The translations under genes were made by a program, and so were the position numbers. A model generated the notes under the pieces. The model was given only the letters and a program-made list of their open reading frames with translations, made no database searches and was not told where the DNA came from. A stretch of DNA of 64,000 nucleotides, from the IMG/VR virus record IMGVR_UViG_3300021185_003947; one strand, 5' to 3'. The DNA is from a virus. Taxonomy: Duplodnaviria; Caudoviricetes. Positions 37,094-46,776 of the stretch are shown piece after piece (positions within the stretch are counted from its first letter, which is position 1; the number at the start of each line of letters is the position of its first letter).

Positions 37094-38731
37094 TTATTGT
37101 TGTGGTGGCTCTTCAGTAGCTTGTTGTTGGCTCATTTGTTGTTGAATTGCAGCTTGTTGATCTGCTTGCTGTTGTTGTGCACTCATATGATTTTGTATAG
37201 CTTCATCTTCTCGTTCTTTGTTTTTATCTTCTAACTCATCAACTTTATCTTCTAATTCTTTTATATCTTCTTCAGATAACTTTAAAACATTTTTCATAAC
37301 CCAGTCTTTTGTAAAATACTCTCCTACATATTGACTAACCATATCTAATGTTTGTACTCTTTCTTTTAAAATTTCTGATTCTTTTAATTCTACAAAATGA
37401 TTATCTCTATTATAGTTAACTCGAATATCTTTTTCCCATTTTGCCCAATCTGCTTCAGTTATAACTTTCTTAAGTACAAGTTGTTTTTTAAGAATTCGTA
37501 AAAACAAATGAGAAAATCTATTACGAAGTCTATCAATAAACTTCTGAAACTTAACTTCATCTCTACTAATTTCAGTTGATCTTCCAATACTAAAACCATT
37601 ATTTTCTTGATCTAATCTTTGTAATGGAACATTTAAAGCCTTATACAAACGTTTTTGAAAGTAAATGATGTCATCAATCTGTCCTAGGTTGTCACCACCT
37701 GGAAGGCTTGAAATCTCAGTACTTCTATTACCTTCTCGGCGAGGTAACCAGAAATCTTCAAGCATTGACATATGTTTACGATCATCTCGTAAGTCACCAG
37801 TATTAGCATCATATACTAGTTTATTACGATATTTAGCCATAATATTTTTCATATATTCTTCGGCTTTACCTTTTGGAAGATTACCAACATCGATGTAAAA
37901 AATTCTTCTTTCCGGAGCTCGAGCTAGTCTATAAATGACAAGCGAGTCTTCCATCATTCTTAATTGATTAACAGGCTTAATAGCCTTCTGTAAATGCGAA
38001 AGAACTTTTTTTCTTTTTTCATCTAATAAACCTGATGTGACATAACTAATAGAATCTTCAGTAAATTTGACAGCCTGCCTATTTTGTGATGTATTAATAG
38101 ATCCAGCTCCACCTTTTCCAGGTGTTTCTTGATAAATGTAATACTCTTTTACGTTTTCAATAATATCAGCATTTGTTAATGGATCTTTTTTCTTTTTAAC
38201 TTCTTTTACTTTACGCATTTTTGGAGAATCAATAAATCGAATATCTTGAATACCCATTTTTTCATTATTTGGATCTACCACTAAATGATGATAAATTTTG
38301 CCATCAATATACCATCTGCGAAAGATATCATGGCCATCTTCTATAAAATTTAACATTCTTAAAATATTAGCAAATTCTTCTGTAATTTGTTCTTTAATAC
38401 TTTCACTGGCTTCAATTTTTTCTAGTTCAATTGATACTCCAGGACTTTCTTCATCTATAACAATTGATTCATTTACAATATCTTCAATTGCAGCATCACA
38501 TTCTGGATGTATAGCAACACCTCTATATTTCATTACTAATTGATAATTATCTTTAGATCCACTACCATCAATATCTACGTATTGGCCAAAATGCCCAGCT
38601 CCTGAAGCAGTCACATAACCTGCACCATCGTCGTCCTTTGCAGTAACAACTGATTTTAGCTTTTCTTCTTTGTCTTTTGATCCAGATCTTTTTATTTCAA
38701 AACCAAAAAGCTTAAGTGAATTATCTGCCAT
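37094..38731 (-). CDS. 20: Portal protein
   Basis: RRWYIDG, QLRMMEDSLVIYRLARAPERRIFYIDVGNLP, EDFWLPRREG. Confidence 0.98.
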   Translation of the reverse strand: MADNSLKLFGFEIKRSGSKDKEEKLKSVVTAKDDDGAGYVTASGAGHFGQYVDIDGSGSKDNYQLVMKYRGVAIHPECDAAIEDIVNESIVIDEESPGVSIELEKIEASESIKEQITEEFANILRMLNFIEDGHDIFRRWYIDGKIYHHLVVDPNNEKMGIQDIRFIDSPKMRKVKEVKKKKDPLTNADIIENVKEYYIYQETPGKGGAGSINTSQNRQAVKFTEDSISYVTSGLLDEKRKKVLSHLQKAIKPVNQLRMMEDSLVIYRLARAPERRIFYIDVGNLPKGKAEEYMKNIMAKYRNKLVYDANTGDLRDDRKHMSMLEDFWLPRREGNRSTEISSLPGGDNLGQIDDIIYFQKRLYKALNVPLQRLDQENNGFSIGRSTEISRDEVKFQKFIDRLRNRFSHLFLRILKKQLVLKKVITEADWAKWEKDIRVNYNRDNHFVELKESEILKERVQTLDMVSQYVGEYFTKDWVMKNVLKLSEEDIKELEDKVDELEDKNKEREDEAIQNHMSAQQQQADQQAAIQQQMSQQQATEEPPQQ

Positions 38732-38756
38732 AATTAATCCTTTAAATACATTGGTA

Positions 38757-38777
38757 AGGGGGAAAGTATTTCCCCCT
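38757..38777 (-). terminator. Stem-loop between gp19 and gp20
   Basis: AGGGGGAAA-loop-TTTCCCCCT perfect 9-bp stem; weak U-tail. Confidence 0.5.
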
Positions 38778-38810
38778 ATACCTTTTCAATTAGTACTATT
38801 TATTACTTAA

Positions 38811-39362
38811 TTAAGAAGTAACTTTTTGACCAGTACCTGTTCCTGTGAAACTTTCCCAGTATTGTACCTGAAAACTGACGCCAAATTCTTCTACAGTATC
38901 ATTATTACCGTATGCAAGCTGTATTTCAGAAACATTTGTTGGAAAACACCCTCTAAATATATAAGTATATAGAGTTGATTCATTTTTATCAAGTTGCTCA
39001 ACAGTTAAATCAGCTTGATAGTCTAACGGTGAAGTAACACCTGTATTTGTTTGGTGAGCATTCATAGAGTTCATCCAAATTTCCATACTTTTTCTTACTT
39101 CGAAATTAGTATCGTTAATGATATTTACTGACCAAGGCTCAAATGTTCTATCACCAGCCATGTATAACATTCTGCCGCGATATGGAACAGTAACTGGATT
39201 AATAGTAGATGCTGGTAGTTGTCCGGCATTACACATAAATGATGTTAGTTCAACATCACCAGTCATGATTCTTGGATAAGCAAGTGTGATTTTAAACAGA
39301 TTCGGGCGAGCGCCTCCACCTGCTAATTTAGCTTTAAATTGGTCTACACCTAAAATTGCCAT
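38811..39362 (-). CDS. 19: Tail tube protein
   Basis: GGARPNLF, V.YRGR...AGDRTFEPW, FP......L......VEEF.V. Confidence 0.95.
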   Translation of the reverse strand: MAILGVDQFKAKLAGGGARPNLFKITLAYPRIMTGDVELTSFMCNAGQLPASTINPVTVPYRGRMLYMAGDRTFEPWSVNIINDTNFEVRKSMEIWMNSMNAHQTNTGVTSPLDYQADLTVEQLDKNESTLYTYIFRGCFPTNVSEIQLAYGNNDTVEEFGVSFQVQYWESFTGTGTGQKVTS

Positions 39363-39379
39363 TTTATTCTCCTATCCCT

Positions 39380-41128
39380 TTATGTAGCCTGACCAACAAC
39401 TTCTTCAAACGAAACACCGGTGCGAACAGCAACGAAGTTAAGAGTGATAAAGTTAATGGACCGCGCTGGTTTAATAAAGAGACTTGCTACAAATTGATTT
39501 GTATCAATAATCGATGGAGTATTATTTGTCTCATCGGCCAATAGCCTAAAGTCAGTAATACCTCTTCGACCTTTTATATCTCTCAATAATGGTTCAATGA
39601 TATTTACAAATTCTGCTCTTGTAAATTCATCATTAAATTCGAATAGAATATTTTTAGCAGCTTCTGCAATGGCTCTTTCGATAACCAAGAAGAGTCTACG
39701 AACATTAATTCTATCAAATGCTGATGGTCTATCTAAGTGTGTTTTATCACCAAATAATAGAATACCGTTTCCAGGCATATTAGTTACTGGATTAATACCA
39801 TTTCTATAAAGCTCATCTCTTTGAGATTTATTAGGTGAATAAGCTAATCCAGTTACACCAAAATATTGACCTCTTCGTGTACCAGCTGGTGACACCCAAG
39901 GAGCAAAATTATTATCAGTAGCTGCACATAGGCCAGCTGTTGATGATGCTGCAGGAATATGAATATACTTATCATTGTATTTATCATACACTTTTAAGAA
40001 GTTATTATCTACAGATAGATATGAGCTTCTTGTTAAGTTTTTAAGACCAGTTAAAATAGAAGCATTTGCTGTTGCTGGGCTATTAACAACACCAGTTCTC
40101 ATTGGAGAAGCAAAAACCATACAATCTTTTCTAGTTTGAGCAGCTATGCTTGTTAAGTGATTAGTAAGAGTAACATGATCTGTAGAACCATTTAAACTTG
40201 GTGCAATTATAAAATCAACTAGATACTGATTAGGATCATCAATTAAATCATAACATAGTTGATAATCGCCAACTTCTAAAGGATCACTATTTTCACCAGT
40301 GGTTAGTGTGACAGCTACTGGAGCAGATAGTTTCATATCACTCGTCGTTGTTGCTGCTGCACCGGAACCAACTCCCATACCGGTTGGGAATGTAACCATT
40401 CGAATATATTGTGATCTAATATTAATAGCATCAACAATATAATTATTGGTACCGTCGGCGTTTTGAGCACCTTTAGCTTGTGAAACATATGGATATGTTT
40501 CTAAAACTGACATTTTAATTCCAGAAATAAGTCCAGTTGTATCAATAACTGCTACATGTACTTCATCATTTTTACCGCCAATATTTGCAGTATGAGCTGA
40601 TGTTCCTGGACCTGTATCATAGTTATTTTTGTATGCCCAGGCATTAAAGTCTGTGTGATATGTAGCATTTGTAGGATCAGCGTGGTTTGATCCAATTATT
40701 TCTACTTTTATTGAATTTCCTAAATCACCAGGATGTCTTGCTATAAATGTGTGACCAACTGCTGTGGCAGAAGATATTTGTGATTCAAAATCTGTATCAT
40801 TTTTAACTGTGATATCATCTCTTGTACCCCCGGCTTCAAAAGCATTTACTCCTGTATTTGAATCCATGCCTCTAATAACAAGTAAGTCACTTGAATACCT
40901 CAAATAATATGAGGCGCTATGAAAGTCTACTGAATTTGTATCATTTGGTGTTCCAAATGTAGCTACTAAAGTACCTTCATTGTTTATGAGAATCGGTTCG
41001 TTTACAGGACCCCAACGAAAATCGCCTACAATAACACCTGTAGAAGTAGGTACATTGGGTACGCCATTTGTTAAGTCAATTTCTCTTGTAACTACTGCCG
41101 GAGACTCTGATGGTGCATATATTGCCAT
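39380..41128 (-). CDS. 18: Tail sheath protein
   Basis: SP.V..REIDLT, WGP, GILLFGDKT, FDRINVRRLF, FEFND.FTR, IKPARSINFI. Confidence 0.97.
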   Translation of the reverse strand: MAIYAPSESPAVVTREIDLTNGVPNVPTSTGVIVGDFRWGPVNEPILINNEGTLVATFGTPNDTNSVDFHSASYYLRYSSDLLVIRGMDSNTGVNAFEAGGTRDDITVKNDTDFESQISSATAVGHTFIARHPGDLGNSIKVEIIGSNHADPTNATYHTDFNAWAYKNNYDTGPGTSAHTANIGGKNDEVHVAVIDTTGLISGIKMSVLETYPYVSQAKGAQNADGTNNYIVDAINIRSQYIRMVTFPTGMGVGSGAAATTTSDMKLSAPVAVTLTTGENSDPLEVGDYQLCYDLIDDPNQYLVDFIIAPSLNGSTDHVTLTNHLTSIAAQTRKDCMVFASPMRTGVVNSPATANASILTGLKNLTRSSYLSVDNNFLKVYDKYNDKYIHIPAASSTAGLCAATDNNFAPWVSPAGTRRGQYFGVTGLAYSPNKSQRDELYRNGINPVTNMPGNGILLFGDKTHLDRPSAFDRINVRRLFLVIERAIAEAAKNILFEFNDEFTRAEFVNIIEPLLRDIKGRRGITDFRLLADETNNTPSIIDTNQFVASLFIKPARSINFITLNFVAVRTGVSFEEVVGQAT

Positions 41129-41193
41129 GTCGTTTCCTTTTCCAATCTAATTGAATTATAAGTTTCATAATACGGTTGTTTATCAATTACCTA

Positions 41194-41201
41194 TATTTAT
41201 A
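41194..41201 (-). promoter_or_regulatory. Late promoter for gp18
   Basis: TATAAATA. Confidence 0.65.
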
Positions 41202-41212
41202 TACATATGATT

Positions 41213-42838
41213 TTAAAGATTTGCCCCATCCCAATTTTGTACCATCCATTCTTGATCTGGTGATTCTATTTGCCATTGATCAGATGTTAATGCTGGATGT
41301 GAAATATTATCTAAACCATCATCTACAAAACCCCAATTTAATACATCGTTTTCAATCTCTTGCATTCGCTGTTGAAACATCAAATCGCGTATGCTAATAT
41401 CAGTTAATTCGCCAAATGCACTAGTGCCAGCAAAATATCCAAACATAATTAAATTCATAACAATGTCATCATGATTACCATCCGATGCTTCGTATGACGA
41501 ACCTCTTGCAGTAAATGTAGAAATTTCTATAATTGTATCTTCATCTACAATTTCAAGTTTATTGTTTTCTAATAAATCTTTAAATGAAGAACATCCAATT
41601 CGTTTTACTTTACGAGTCATAAGAATACCAAGTGCATCCGCTTTAATAGCTGATTCAACAAACATATTTTCATATTCTAATTCATGATATAAGCCATTAC
41701 ATACAACCATACCAGCATCATTTGATTCTATTACAACCATTGCTTGATTATAAGAATTTGCATACTTATATATAATATTAGGGAAGAGGAGAGGAGAGAT
41801 AAGATTATTGCGATATACAGCAACCTGCTTAAACGGCTCCGCGCTAATATCGATTACACTAAAAGTACTATAGTCCTGTCCTCTTCCTTTAGCAACATCA
41901 ACTAACATTACATAATTGTGATCTTTGATTGGTTGATTATAAACTTTTACATCATCCTTTGTAATTTCTAATGGATCATGTCTTCTTAATTCAAGAAGTG
42001 TATTAGCATTAATAAGAGTGTCACCTGTACCAAAGAATGTGTTTCCAAACTCTTGATCAAATTGTACAGGCGAAGTATTAGCTACTGTAGCTTTTTTCCA
42101 CTCTTCGTCCCTTCCTGGAACGTCCCACCAGTCGACTCTAAATGGAATAAATTCGTTTGTTTCTTGTATTGCACCTTCCCATAATTTATGAAAAACATTA
42201 CCTAAACCGTTTGCTGTAGATGTAATAATAACTTTTGTATCTTTACCAGATGATACAACTGGATAAGTTGAGGTATAAAACTCAGAAGCTCTTTCAACAA
42301 ATGCAAACTCGTCAAGGTAAAGCAAATTAACTGACATCCCGCGAATAGATGATCCAGATGTCGCAGCAGCAACAATCCTTGAATTATTACTAAATTCAAT
42401 AGACCCTTTATTAAGAGCTTTACATCCAGGTTGTAAAAAAAATGGTAAGTTTTCTAGCATAAGTGTGACTCTACCAAGCATCTCACGAGCGGTAGCACCC
42501 TTGTTTGCCATAACAGCAATAACTTTTTCGCTATTAAAAAGTGCAAACCAAAGTAGATATGCCACTGATGAAATAGATTTACCAGATTGTCGACAGGCTA
42601 AAACAATATTAAATCTGTTTGTATTAAACTGATTAAACATTTTTTCTTGGTAGGGATATAAATCAAATGGAACTAAACCTTTATCAAGGTGAATTACTTT
42701 ACAATATTTTCTCGCAAAGTATGTAGGATCTTGCATGCATCTAGCATATTCTTTAACTTCGTCATTTGTCCAATTAGTAACAACACCATCACGCTTAACA
42801 CTTGGGTTGCCTAAATAAGAATCATTCTTTTCCATCAT
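41213..42838 (-). CDS. 17: Terminase large subunit
   Basis: LYPYQ, RQSGKS, YLDEFAF, TSTANG, DVAKGRG.DYS, HDD.VM; no intein seen. Confidence 0.97.
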   Translation of the reverse strand: MMEKNDSYLGNPSVKRDGVVTNWTNDEVKEYARCMQDPTYFARKYCKVIHLDKGLVPFDLYPYQEKMFNQFNTNRFNIVLACRQSGKSISSVAYLLWFALFNSEKVIAVMANKGATAREMLGRVTLMLENLPFFLQPGCKALNKGSIEFSNNSRIVAAATSGSSIRGMSVNLLYLDEFAFVERASEFYTSTYPVVSSGKDTKVIITSTANGLGNVFHKLWEGAIQETNEFIPFRVDWWDVPGRDEEWKKATVANTSPVQFDQEFGNTFFGTGDTLINANTLLELRRHDPLEITKDDVKVYNQPIKDHNYVMLVDVAKGRGQDYSTFSVIDISAEPFKQVAVYRNNLISPLLFPNIIYKYANSYNQAMVVIESNDAGMVVCNGLYHELEYENMFVESAIKADALGILMTRKVKRIGCSSFKDLLENNKLEIVDEDTIIEISTFTARGSSYEASDGNHDDIVMNLIMFGYFAGTSAFGELTDISIRDLMFQQRMQEIENDVLNWGFVDDGLDNISHPALTSDQWQIESPDQEWMVQNWDGANL

Positions 42839-43214
42839 CTAATCTATCTGTAATATCAATTACGTTATCATCTTTAACAGGGTTATTCATATCTTGTAAC
42901 ATTCTTTGTAAATCTACTGTAGATCCTACAAATAAATTATTTGTTGTGCCTTCTGGCGCAGTTACTTGAAGTACATCTTTTTGATCATATGCCTTTTTCT
43001 TCTTATGTAAATCCATAAGACGGTCATTTACATCTGAAACATTTTTAATCATACCAGACACAACTTCAAAAGCTCGAGGATGTTCAAGATTCCTAGCTAC
43101 TTCAATCATATCTTCTAGTGCAGCATTACCTTTTTCGATTAAATCGTAATATGTTCTACGAGAATAATCAAAGTCATCTTCTGGTAAATTGTCTGATTTT
43201 TTCCAATCACTCAT
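42822..43214 (-). CDS. 16: Terminase small subunit
   Basis: DF.YSR, HPRAFEVV, NNLFVGST.DLQ. Confidence 0.92.
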   Translation of the reverse strand: MSDWKKSDNLPEDDFDYSRRTYYDLIEKGNAALEDMIEVARNLEHPRAFEVVSGMIKNVSDVNDRLMDLHKKKKAYDQKDVLQVTAPEGTTNNLFVGSTVDLQRMLQDMNNPVKDDNVIDITDRLDDGKE

Positions 43215-43454
43215 TTATCTAACTCTTTTTGTTCCGCTTAGCGAAGAAGCAGGTCCTGAAGGACTCGATGTAGAAGCTCTTTGCTCAATATCACGCATTG
43301 CTTTTGCCTGTGGTGATATTGTAACTCTATCAGGCAGTATCTCACGTGTTTTCTTTGTCTTATTTGGATTATGATTAGGACCATGCGGACTCATTAAGGC
43401 GCCTTTCATTGCTCCAACAAATGATTCTGAATTATATTGTTTAAATGATAACAT
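43215..43454 (-). CDS. Hypothetical protein (79 aa), candidate internal head protein
   Basis: MLSFKQYNSE leader; basic, low complexity. Confidence 0.5.
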   Translation of the reverse strand: MLSFKQYNSESFVGAMKGALMSPHGPNHNPNKTKKTREILPDRVTISPQAKAMRDIEQRASTSSPSGPASSLSGTKRVR

Positions 43455-43475
43455 TATTAATTCCTTTATATTTAT

Positions 43476-44096
43476 TTACGGTGCTGGCCGACCAGTTACA
43501 GCTGCATAAGCATTTTTATAAATATTTCTAACAGCTTGTCTTCGTACCGCTGGCGCTGCAGCTCTTTTTTGAGCTTTTTGCTGAGTTCTCCAATTTTGAG
43601 TTGCTCTTTTTGCAGCATTTTTTATTATTGCTGCGTGTTGCTTAAAATCAGGATGATTATGAGAAATAGTTGTTGCTTTGCCATCAACACCTCTTAAAAC
43701 TTTTTTTCCAGTAGAAGTTGTCATAACTTTACCATGATCTGGATGAACCACTGATGATGGTGGTGTAGGTTTCATTGCTTCTATACCAGCACGACCAACA
43801 CTTTTTGCTACTTTTTTAATTCCTCTTCCAGTTGCATTTATTGCATTTGTGCGAGCTTTATTACCAGTAATAAAATCACCAATTTTTCCTCCAATGTTTC
43901 CGCCGGCGCTTCCACCCGCAAGCCCACCTGCTGCGAATCCAGCCATATTACCAATCCCAGGAGCAATAAAGCCGCCCGCAGTGCCACCAGCAATTGCTCC
44001 ACCTAATCCACCGACAGCCCGACCAATCCCTGTGCCAATAGCTTTACCTAATTTGCCTTCATTAAGTTCTTCTCTTAATTCAAAATATGTTTTCAT
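43476..44096 (-). CDS. Glycine-zipper, basic-tailed protein; candidate internal (ejected) head protein
   Basis: MKTYFELREELNE leader, GxxxG repeats, K/R-rich C-terminus; ATGA-coupled to gp15. Confidence 0.6.
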   Translation of the reverse strand: MKTYFELREELNEGKLGKAIGTGIGRAVGGLGGAIAGGTAGGFIAPGIGNMAGFAAGGLAGGSAGGNIGGKIGDFITGNKARTNAINATGRGIKKVAKSVGRAGIEAMKPTPPSSVVHPDHGKVMTTSTGKKVLRGVDGKATTISHNHPDFKQHAAIIKNAAKRATQNWRTQQKAQKRAAAPAVRRQAVRNIYKNAYAAVTGRPAP

Positions 44097-44890
44097 TGTG
44101 ATGAATCTCCGTAATATTCTGTAACAGTTGTAAATCCAAAATCACTAAATGGTTGAGCATTTGCTGGGTTAGGCGTAGTAATTTGTTTAACATATAAACC
44201 ATCAGAATCCGATCCGGAAGTTAATAATGTGGTTTTGTCTATATAAACATCGGTTGTAGTTTTCTTAATAATTTTACTTTGACGAATTGGACCATGAAAA
44301 TTAACTCTCATTCCAAAATCAAGAGTATAAATTATAGTTCTTCTTTGTTCCAATGATCCTTCAAAATCATCTTGAAATGATACTGATTGTAATGTAATCG
44401 GAACATCTTCTTTTATATCTTCAAATCCAGAAAATGGTTTAAGAGTTAAAGTGTATTGTGGATTGAAATATGGTAAAATTTGTTCTACAATTTGTAAAGC
44501 ATCATCTTGCAATTTAGCATAAATGTTTAATGAGAAAAATATAGTGTATGGTGCTGGAGAATACATTTTATTTGAATGAGTAGTACTTGTACCATATGCT
44601 TTATTATAATTATTATTCTTTGGAAGAATTCTTTCTGGATCATAAGCTAATGAAGTAATTTCAAAAGACATTCGTGGCAACTTTAAAGCCACTTTAGTAT
44701 TGTCAACTAAAGATGGATTTTCTCTGATTCTTTCTAAATATTTATCTTTTGGTGCATATGCTAAAGGCACTTTTGTTTGGTCTATTATAGAACCATTTTT
44801 TGCAGTCCTTTGAACATAAATATCGTTAAATATTGTGCCAAATGTAGCAACAGCTTTTCTAATTCTTTCGTGATAAAAATATTGAAACAT
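44093..44890 (-). CDS. 15: Tail sheath stabilizer / completion protein
   Basis: YFYH..IRK....FG..FN, VPL.Y.PK.K, LPRMSFE, QI.EQILPYFNP. Confidence 0.94.
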   Translation of the reverse strand: MFQYFYHERIRKAVATFGTIFNDIYVQRTAKNGSIIDQTKVPLAYAPKDKYLERIRENPSLVDNTKVALKLPRMSFEITSLAYDPERILPKNNNYNKAYGTSTTHSNKMYSPAPYTIFFSLNIYAKLQDDALQIVEQILPYFNPQYTLTLKPFSGFEDIKEDVPITLQSVSFQDDFEGSLEQRRTIIYTLDFGMRVNFHGPIRQSKIIKKTTTDVYIDKTTLLTSGSDSDGLYVKQITTPNPANAQPFSDFGFTTVTEYYGDSSQ

Positions 44891-45942
44891 TATGGATCCT
44901 CTGCATCACCAAATGGGTTACCTTCAGAAAAATCTAAAAAGTCTATAGATGCTGTTGAATTAGCATCAAATATATCGTTTTGCGCTGAAAGGTATCCAGT
45001 GTCTTCATTAATTGAAAGAATAGTTCGTGTTCTCGGATATAGGTATGTATTTGAATCTACATTTCTTCCATAGAACACATTAAATGGGAATACAAACTGA
45101 TCATCAGGTCTATCATTAACAATTGTTTTACCAACCGTAAATCCAATTAATCCAGTTGCACCTGCTCCATTTGAATCAAGAGCACTATCTGCACCAACAT
45201 GTCCGAGTACAAGTGTTCGAGTAGTAGGACTGTATTCAATAACTTCTCCAACAATTTTAGGATGTCTACCAGTAATAGTTCTAAGTGCAGAATCAATCTG
45301 ATAAATATTTTCTCCAACAAAGAAGTCTACACCACCTTCCATTCTATCGCTATCACCAAAGAGAACCCCATTTTGATTACGTGCTGAATCAAGACCAAGC
45401 GTAATATTTGCAGCATCATTTTCAATACTGTCAATTGTTTCTATTCCAGTATCTAGATCTTCTCCACTATATACGAATAGCTCACAACGTAAATTATATG
45501 TTGGAACATTATTTAACTGATAAAACGGTTGCTCATGTTCAACATGCATAATTTCAAACATTGAATTAGAAAGTGGAAGATATAATACATCACCTTCTCT
45601 TGGTCTTTCTGATGAAATTTCATTTGCGTTTTGTTCAACAACATGCCGCCATCTTCTACGTGATACTACAAAATTAGCAGCATCTCTGATTTCAACACCA
45701 AATTTTGTAAAGAGATCTCCTTCTCCATCAAATCCTTGCTGATTCTCAATATACATTTCAATTTTATAAGCAGTTGAAAATTTAGATGGGACATCTTCAC
45801 CCAAAATTTTATCTTCATTAACGATTTCACGCGGCATGTAATAAACATCTTGACCATAGATTTTTAACGATTCTATGATAATATCTTCGTATAAATTTTG
45901 TTCATTTACCGGTTTATCGGCAAAAAAGAGATTCTTTGCCAT
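44890..45942 (-). CDS. 14: Neck protein with a C-terminal insertion
   Basis: E..K.YG.DVYY.PR, GFDGEGD..TKFG.EIRD, P.EGD..Y.P, FYQL, GNPFG. Confidence 0.93.
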   Translation of the reverse strand: MAKNLFFADKPVNEQNLYEDIIIESLKIYGQDVYYMPREIVNEDKILGEDVPSKFSTAYKIEMYIENQQGFDGEGDLFTKFGVEIRDAANFVVSRRRWRHVVEQNANEISSERPREGDVLYLPLSNSMFEIMHVEHEQPFYQLNNVPTYNLRCELFVYSGEDLDTGIETIDSIENDAANITLGLDSARNQNGVLFGDSDRMEGGVDFFVGENIYQIDSALRTITGRHPKIVGEVIEYSPTTRTLVLGHVGADSALDSNGAGATGLIGFTVGKTIVNDRPDDQFVFPFNVFYGRNVDSNTYLYPRTRTILSINEDTGYLSAQNDIFDANSTASIDFLDFSEGNPFGDAEDP

Positions 45943-45945
45943 AAG

Positions 45946-46710
45946 TTATCCTACAAATAAATCAATTGGTAATTCAAATTCTAGTCTAAGTTTTTCATCT
46001 AATTGTTGTATTTCAATATTTGCATCATCATATATTTGTCTACCATTTAGCATTACTCCACCTGGTAAAGTCATTCCTTCAAATTTCATGAGGTTTGATC
46101 CCCATTGTCTTTTAATTAAAGCAGTAGCATACATCTTTAACCACATATCGTTAAAAATAGATTTAGTTCCTGATGTTGTTGATGGATCTACAAGAGCATA
46201 ACATTCGGCTACAAGATAATCACCTTCTTTAATATCTCTATCTGAAAAGTCACCAAAAATATGTAATCTATTTTGTCTACGCTGATAAGATACCTGGGGA
46301 GTGCCATTTAGCGTCATATTAATAAGATCAAGATATTGTTTCATCTGTACAAAGTAGTCTAAACCACCAGTAAAATTATTTAAATTTACCATGTCGTTAA
46401 GCATCATTTGATACTTAATATCAAACATTCCAGCGCCAGATGATGAACCAACCCTAATAGGAAATAAATGAGTTACGAAAATAATATTATCTGGAACTGG
46501 AATGTATTTGTTCGTAACATCAGTCGCAGTAACTAAATGTTTAAAGTAGGTTTTTACGGTAGCATCAGAATGATATTCTTGGTATACTTCAAGAGCTTCG
46601 TCTATTCTATCATCGATTTGTTCGTCTGCAACATTAATATCAATTACAGGAGCGCCTAGTTTACGTAAACAATATTCCTCTAAATCAGTCCGCGAAGTTA
46701 CTATAGCCAT
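45946..46710 (-). CDS. 13: Neck protein
   Basis: LRKLGAPVIDINV..EQI.DRI, W.K.YATALIKRQWG.NL.KF.G..LPGGV.LNG. Confidence 0.95.
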   Translation of the reverse strand: MAIVTSRTDLEEYCLRKLGAPVIDINVADEQIDDRIDEALEVYQEYHSDATVKTYFKHLVTATDVTNKYIPVPDNIIFVTHLFPIRVGSSSGAGMFDIKYQMMLNDMVNLNNFTGGLDYFVQMKQYLDLINMTLNGTPQVSYQRRQNRLHIFGDFSDRDIKEGDYLVAECYALVDPSTTSGTKSIFNDMWLKMYATALIKRQWGSNLMKFEGMTLPGGVMLNGRQIYDDANIEIQQLDEKLRLEFELPIDLFVG

Positions 46711-46740
46711 ATTGACATCCTATTTAAATAGTCTTTGTAC

Positions 46741-46748
46741 TATTTATA
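46741..46748 (-). promoter_or_regulatory. Late promoter for the neck genes
   Basis: TATAAATA. Confidence 0.65.
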
Positions 46749-46776
46749 TAGTTTTTGCTTTAACTTTTACATTACT

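Noticed and set aside
8939-42838. Inteins, group I introns or homing endonucleases in gp43, gp46, gp20, gp17 or gp23
   Set aside because: All are uninterrupted and near normal length; no splicing or LAGLIDADG/HNH/GIY-YIG motifs were seen.
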